Assembly: GCF_009914755.1 (NCBI RefSeq) | Contig: NC_060948.1 | DNA length: 64,000 nt | Strand: one strand, 5' to 3' | Source of the DNA: the human T2T-CHM13v2.0 reference genome, Homo sapiens | Notes under the pieces: model-generated | Databases searched by the model: none | What the model saw: the letters and a program-made list of their open reading frames with translations, nothing else | Told to the model about the DNA's origin: nothing | Shown: positions 57,073 through 64,000 of the stretch, one piece after another | Layout of the letters: each line of letters opens with the position of its first letter | How positions within the stretch are numbered: the first letter of the stretch is position 1 | Made by a program: the position numbers and the translations under genes

Positions 57073-60000
57073 GGTGTCGAAAGGAATTGACTCCAATGGA
57101 ATGGAATCGAATGGAATGGAAGTGAATAGAATCGAACTAAATCGAATGGAATGGAATTGATAGGAACGGAATGGAAAGGAATGCAATGATTTGGCATGGA
57201 ATGGAATCGAATGGCATCGAATGGAATGGAATGGAATGCAATGGAATGGAATGTATTAGAATGTAATGAACTTTAATGGAATGTACTCGAATGGATTCGA
57301 CTGGAATGGAATGTTCTGGAAGTGAATGGACTCCAATGGAATGGATTCAAAAGGAATGGAATCGTACGGAATGGAATCTAATGGAATGGAATTAAATGGA
57401 AATGAATCAAATTGAATAGCACGGAATTGAATTGAATGGAATGGAATGCAATGGAATCTAATGAAACGGAAAGGAAAGGAATGGAATGGAATGGAATGGG
57501 CTGGAATGGAAAGGAATCGAAACGAATGGAATGGAATCGAACTGAAGAGACTGGAATGGAATGCAATGGAATGGAATGCACTGGAATGGAAGGGAGTGTA
57601 ATGGAAGGTTCTCGAAAAAAATGGAATCGAATGGAATGGAATTGAATGGAACGGAATAGAGTCGAATGGAATTGAATGGAATGGAATGGACTAGAGTGAA
57701 ATGGAATCAAACCACAAGGAATGGAGAGGAATAGAATGGTCTCGAATTGAATGGAATCGTATGGAATGGCATCAAACGGAATGGAATGGACAGCCACGGA
57801 ATGGAATGCACTCGAATGCAATGGAGTCGAAACTAATGGACTGGAATAGAATGGACTCGACTGGTACGGACTCCAATGCAATGGAATCGAATGGAAGGGA
57901 ATCGAACGGAATGGACTCGAAGGGAAAAGACTGCAATGGAAAGGTCTCGAATGGAATGGAAATTAATGGAATGGAATGGAATGGAATGAAATGGAGTCAA
58001 AAGGAATGGAATCGAATGGCAAGAAATCGAATGTAATGGAATCGCAAGGAATTGATGTGAACGGAACGGAATGGAATGGAATCCAAAGGAATGGAATAGA
58101 ATGGAATGGAATCGAATGGAAAGGACTCGAATGGAAATCACTCGAATAGAATGCAATTTAATAAAATAGGATCAAATGTAATGGAATGGAATGGAAAGGA
58201 ATCGAAACGAAAGGAATGGAGACAGATGGAATGGAATAGAACAGAGAGCAATGGTATAGAATGGAATGGAATCATCTGGAATGGAATTGAATGGAATGGA
58301 ATAATATGAAATGGAATGGAATGGAATGGAATGGAATGCCCTTGAATTAAATGGACTGGAATGGAATGGACTCGAACAGAGTGGAATGGAAAGTGTTGAG
58401 ATAGAATGGAATGGACTCCTTTGGAATGGTGTAGTATGCAATGCAATCGACTGGCAGGGAATCAAAAGGAATGTAATGGAATGGACTGGACTGGAATGCA
58501 ATGGACTCGAATAGATTGGAAACGGAATGCAAAGAAATGGAATGGAATAGTATGGAATGGAATGGAAAGGAATGGAGTGGAATAGACTAGAGTGGAATGG
58601 AATGGACTGGAAAGCAATGGACTGGAATGGAACTTTCTTGAATGGACTGGAATCAAACGGAATGGAATGCAATGCAATCAAATGGCATGGAATAAAATAG
58701 AATGAAAGAGAATCAAATGGAATTGAATCGAATGGAATCGAATGGATTGGAAAGGAATAGAATGGAATGGAATGGAATGGACTCAAATGGAATGGACTAG
58801 AATGGAATGGATTCGAATGGAAGGCAAAGGAATGGAATCTATTGGAATGGACTGTAATGGAATGGAATGGAAGGGATTGGAATGGACTCGAATGGAATGG
58901 ACTGCAATAGAAAGGATTCGAATGGAATGAAAAAGAATTGAATGGAATAGAACAGAATGGAATCAAATCGAATGAAATGGAATGGAATAGAAAGGAATGG
59001 AATGAAATGGAATGGAAAGGATTCGAATGGAATGCAATCGAATGGAATGGAATCGAACGGAATGGAATAAAATGGAAGAAAACTGGCAAGAAATGGAATC
59101 GAAATGAATGGAGTGTTATGGAACGGACTCAAAAGGAATTGAATGTAATAGAATGGAGTGGAGTGGACTCGAATATAATGGACTGGAATGGAATGAAATC
59201 ACATGGAATGGGAACGAATGGAATGGAATGGAAAGGAATGGAATCGAATGGAAGGGAATGAAATTGAATCAACAGGAATGGAAGGGAATAGAATAGACGG
59301 TAATGGAATGGACTCGAATAGAATGGACACGAATGCTCAAATTGAATGGACTCGAATGGAATGGAAACGAAAGGAATGTCATCGAATGGAATTGAATCGA
59401 TTGGAATGAAATCGCATAGAATGGAGTGGAATCAAATGGAATTGAATCGAAAGGAAAGGAAGCGAATGGACTGAAATGAAATGGAATGGAATTGAATGGA
59501 AAGTAATGCAATGGAATAGAATGGAACGAAATTTCACGGAATGGAATCAAACTGAATGGAATCAAATCAATGGAATCAAATCAAATGGAATGGAAAGGAA
59601 TTGAATGGAGTAGATTGGATTGGATGGGATTGGAATGAAATGTACTGGAAAGGACTCGAATTTCATGAAACGGAATGGAATGAATTGGAACGGAATGGAC
59701 TCGAATGGAATGGAATGTCATGGAATGGCATCAAATGGAACGGCATCAAATGGAATAGAATCGAATGCAATGGAATGCTATGGAATGGAATGGAATGCAT
59801 TGGAATGGAATGTCCTCTAATGGAATGGATTCGAGTGGAATGGAATCGAATATAATGGAGTCGAATGAAATGGAATTGAAAGGAATGGGATCGAATACAA
59901 TGGAATATACTGGAATGTAACGTAATGAACTCGAATGTAATTGACTGGAATGGAATGTACATGAATGGAATGTAATCGAATGGAAAGTAATCCAATGGAA

Positions 60001-60631
60001 TAGAATCTAATGCAATAAAATCGACTCAGATAGAGTAGAATGTAATGGAATGGAGTTCAGTGCAATGGAATGGAATGGAATGGAATGCAATTGAATGGAA
60101 TGGAATGGAATGGAATGGAATGGAATGGGATGGAATGGTATGGAATGGATAGTAATGGACTGGAGTGAAATGGACTGGAAAGGAATGGACTCAAATTGAA
60201 AGGGCTCGAAAGGAATGGAGTCAAATGGAATGGTCTGGAATGGAATGAACACGAATGTAATGCAATCCAATAGAATGGAATCGAATGGCATGGAATATAA
60301 AGAAATGGAATCGGAGAGAATGGAAACAAATGGAATGGAATTGAATGGAATGGAATTGAATGGAATGGGAACGAATGGAGTGAAATTGTATGCAGTAGAA
60401 GGGAATAGAATGGAATGCAAGCGAAAGGAAAGGAATGGATTGGAATGGAATGGAATTCATTGGAATGGAAGGGAATGTAGTGTAATGGACAGGCCTGGAA
60501 TAAAGTGGAATGCTACGGTCTCGAATGGGATAAAAATGTATGGAATGGAATGCAATGAAATGGAATCGAATGTCATAGAATGTAATGGAATGCAACAAAA
60601 TGGAATCCAAAATCATTGACTGGAAAGGCTG
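57073..60631 (+). repeat. DYZ1 unit 17 (3559 bp), near-copy of unit 3
   Basis: Shares the 15-bp insertion and the GTAACGTAAT, GGAGTTCAG and GGGATAAAA variants with unit 3; has its own 15-bp deletion near 59245. Confidence 0.93.
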
Positions 60632-63600
60632 GGTGTCGAAAGGAATTGACTCCAATGGAATGGAATCGAATGGAATGGAAGTGAATAGAATCGAACTAAA
60701 TCGAATGGAATGGAATTGATAGGAACGGAATGGAAAGGAATGCAATGATTTGGCATGGAATGGAATCGAATGGCATCGAATGGAATGGAATGGAATGCAA
60801 TGGAATGGAATGTATTAGAATGTAATGAACTTTAATGGAATGTACTCGAATGGATTCGACTGGAATGGAATGTTCTGGAAGTGAATGGACTCCAATGGAA
60901 TGGATTCCAAAGGAATGGAATCGTACGGAATGGAATCTAATGGAATGGAATTAAATGGAAATGAATCAAATTGAATAGCACGGAATTGAATTGAATGGAA
61001 TGGAATGCAATGGAATCTAATGAAACGGAAAGGAAAGGAATGGAATGGAATGGAATGGGCTGGAATGGAAAGGAATCGAAACGAATGGAATGGAATCGAA
61101 CTGAAGAGACTGGAATGGAATGCACTGGAATGGAAGGGAGTGTAATGGAAGGTTCTCGAAAAAAATGGAATCGAATGGAATGGAATTGAATGGAACGGAA
61201 TAGAGTCGAATGGAATTGAATGGAATGGAATGGACTAGAGTGATATGGAATCGAACCACAAGGAATGGAGAGGAATAGAATGGTCTCGAATTGAATGGAA
61301 TCGTATGGAGTGGCATCAAACGGAATGGAATGGACAGCCACGGAATGGAATGCACTCGAATGCAATGGAGTCGAAACTAATGGACTGGAATAGAATGGAC
61401 TCGACTGGTACGGACTCCAATGGAATGGAATGGAATGGAAGGGAATCGAACGGAATGGACTCGAAGGGAAAAGACTGCAATGGAAAGGTCTCGAATGGAA
61501 TGGAAATTAATGGAATGGAATGGAATCGAATGAAATGGAGTCAAAAGGAATGGAATCGAATGGCAACAAATCGAATGTAATGGAATCGCAAGGAATTGAT
61601 GTGAAAGGAACGGAATGGAATGGAATCCAAAGGAATGGAATAGAATGGAATGGAATCGAATGGAAAGGACTCGAATGGAAATCACTCGAATAGAATGCAA
61701 TTTAATAAAATAGGATCAAATGTAATGGAATGGAATGGAAAGGAATCGAAACGAAAGGAATGGAGACAGATGGAATGGAATGGAACAGAGAGCAATGGTA
61801 TAGAATGGAATGGAATCATCTGGAATGGAATTGAATGGAATGGAATAATATGAAATGGAATGGAATGGAATGGAATGGAATGCCCTTGAATTAAATGGAC
61901 TGGAATGGAATGGACTCGAACAGAGTGGAATGGAAAGTGTTGAGATAGAATGGAATGGACTCCTTTGGAATGGTGTAGTATGCAATGCAATCGACTGGCA
62001 GGGAATCAAAAGGAATGTAATGGAATGGACTGGACTGGAATGCAATGGACTCGAATAGATTGGAAACGGAATGCAAAGAAATGGAATGGAATAGTATGGA
62101 ATGGAATGGAAAGGAATGGAGTGGAATAGACTAGAGTGGAATGGAATGGACTGGAAAGCAATGGACTGGAATGGAACTTTCTTGAATGGACTGGAATCAA
62201 ACGGAATGGAATGCAATGCAATCAAATGGCATGGAATAAAATAGAATGAAAGAGAATCAAATGGAATTGAATCGAATGGAATCGAATGGATTGGAAAGGA
62301 ATAGAATGGAATGGAATGGAATGGACTCAAATGGAATGGACTAGAATGGAATGGATTCGAATGGAAGGCAAAGGAATGGAATCTATTGGAATGGACTGTA
62401 ATGGAATGGAATGGAAGGGATTGGAATGGACTCGAATGGAATGGACTGCAATAGAAAGGATTCGAATGGAATGAAAAAGAATTGAATGGAATAGAACAGA
62501 ATGGAATCAAATCGAATGAAATGGAATGGAATAGAAAGTAATGGAATGAAATGGAATGGAAAGGATTCGAATGGAATGCAATCGAATGGAATGGAATCGA
62601 ACGGAATGGAATAAAATGGAAGAAAACTGGCAAGAAATGGAATCGAAATGAATGGAGTGTTATGGAACGGACTCAAAAGGAATTGAATGTAATAGAGTGG
62701 AGTGGAGTGGACTCGAATATAATGGACTGGAATGGAATGAAATCACATGGAATGGGAACGAATGGAATGGAATGGAAAGGAATGGAATCGAATGGAAAGG
62801 AATCGAATGGAAGGGAATGAAATTGAATCAACAGGAATGGAAGGGAATAGAATAGACGGTAATGGAATGGACTCGAATAGAATGGACACGAATGCTGAAA
62901 TGGAATGGACTCGAATGGAATGGAAACGAAAGGAATGTCATCGAATGGAATTGAATCGATTGGAATGAAATCGCATAGAATGGAGTGGAATCAAATGGAA
63001 TTGAATCGAAAGGAAAGGAAGCGAATGGACTGAAATGAAATGGAATGGAATTGAATGGAAAGTAACGCAATGGAATAGAATGGAACGAAATTTCACGGAA
63101 TGGAATCAAACTGAATGGAATCAAATCAATGGAATCAAATCAAATGGAATGGAAAGGAATTGAATGGAGTAGATTGGATTGGATGGGATTGGAATGAAAT
63201 GTACTGGAAAGGACTCGAATTTCATGAAACGGAATGGAATGAATTGGAACGGAATGGACTCGAATGGAATGGAATGTCATGGAATGGCATCAAATGGAAT
63301 GGCATCAAATGGAATGGAATCGAATGCAATGGAATGCTATGGAATGGAATGGAATGCATTGGAATGGAATGTCCTCTAATGGAATGGATTCGAGTGGAAT
63401 GGAATCGAATATAATGGAGTCGAATGAAATGGAATTGAAAGGAATGGGATCGAATAGAATGGAATATACTGGAATGTAATGTAATGAACTCGAATGTAAT
63501 TGACTGGAATGGAATGTACATGAATGGAATGTAATCGAATGGAAAGTAATCCAATGGAATAGAATCTAATGCAATAAAACCGACTCAGATAGAGTAGAAT

Positions 63601-64000
63601 GTAATGGAATGGAGTGCAGTGCAATGGAAGGGAATGGAATTGAATGCAATGGAATGGAATGGAATGGAATGGAATGGAATGGAATGGAATGGAATGGAAT
63701 GGGATGGAATGGTATGGAATGGATAGTAATGGACTGGAGTGAAATGGACTGGAAAGGAATGGACTCAAATTGAAAGGGCTCGAAAGGAATGGAGTCAAAT
63801 GGAATGGTCTGGAATGGAATGAACACGAATGTAATGCAATCCAATAGAATGGAATCGAATGGCATGGAATATAAAGAAATGGAATCGAAGAGAATGGAAA
63901 CAAATGGAATGGAATTGAATGGAATGGAATTGAATGGAATGGGAACGAATGGAGTGAAATTGTATGCAGTAGAAGGGAATAGAATGGAATGCAAGCGAAA
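60632..64000 (+). repeat. DYZ1 unit 18 (partial, cut by the window end), unit 4/6 type
   Basis: Shares GTGATATGG, CGTATGGAGT, GGCAACAAAT, GTGAAAGGAAC, GTAACGCAAT and GCAATGGAAGGGAAT with units 4 and 6. Confidence 0.9.

Larger units (their letters stand above)
1..64000 (+). repeat. DYZ1: Human satellite 3 (HSat3) array, DYZ1 family of Yq12 heterochromatin; GGAAT strand on +
   Basis: Continuous diverged GGAAT pentamers (GGAAT, CGAAT, GGACT, GCAAT, TGAAT, GTAAT) across the window. Unique landmarks such as GGCTGGGTGTCG, GACAGGCCTG and GCCCTTGAA recur every ~3.56 kb. The period matches the known ~3564 bp DYZ1 unit. Confidence 0.97.

Noticed and set aside
306-63994. Hundreds of 60-318 aa ORFs on both strands, including a ~305 aa minus-strand ORF in almost every unit
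   Set aside because: Pure (GGAAT)n has no stop codon in any frame, so MEWNG and IPFHS repeat ORFs arise automatically. There are no domains, many starts are non-ATG, and 5-bp indels shift frames freely between copies.
1-64000. CRISPR-like repeat-spacer array
   Set aside because: There are no unique spacers and no cas genes; the sequence between landmarks is itself repeated at high identity.
1-64000. DYZ2/HSat1B blocks, Alu or L1 insertions, or a strand inversion
   Set aside because: None seen: the GGAAT strand stays on + throughout and unit spacing leaves no room for an insertion.
1-64000. Assignment to HSat2 or to autosomal HSat3 such as 9q12
   Set aside because: The HSat2-type CATTCGATTC/ATCATC pattern does not dominate, and the 3.56 kb period with single EcoRI and StuI sites fits DYZ1.

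Overview
The whole 64 kb window is one uninterrupted, single-orientation array of human satellite 3, a diverged (GGAAT)n repeat. It is organised as head-to-tail units of about 3.56 kb: 17 complete units of 3549-3579 bp and one partial unit. Unit length, one EcoRI and one StuI/HaeIII site per unit, and a match to the classic Y-sexing primer sites (recalled from memory) identify it as DYZ1 of Yq12 heterochromatin. I see no genes, RNA genes, transposons, DYZ2 blocks or inversions. All listed ORFs are artefacts of translating the pentamer (MEWNG / IPFHS). The information lies in the variants. There is a 14-unit (~49.9 kb) super-repeat, nested 2-, 5- and 6-unit duplications and mosaic units. There is also a dense divergent patch in unit 8, length changes quantised to multiples of 5 bp, four fixed register breaks per unit, and three perfect heat-shock elements per unit made by in-phase inverted pentamers. 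I found no new protein-coding system. Variant comparisons were made by eye and need confirming by alignment.
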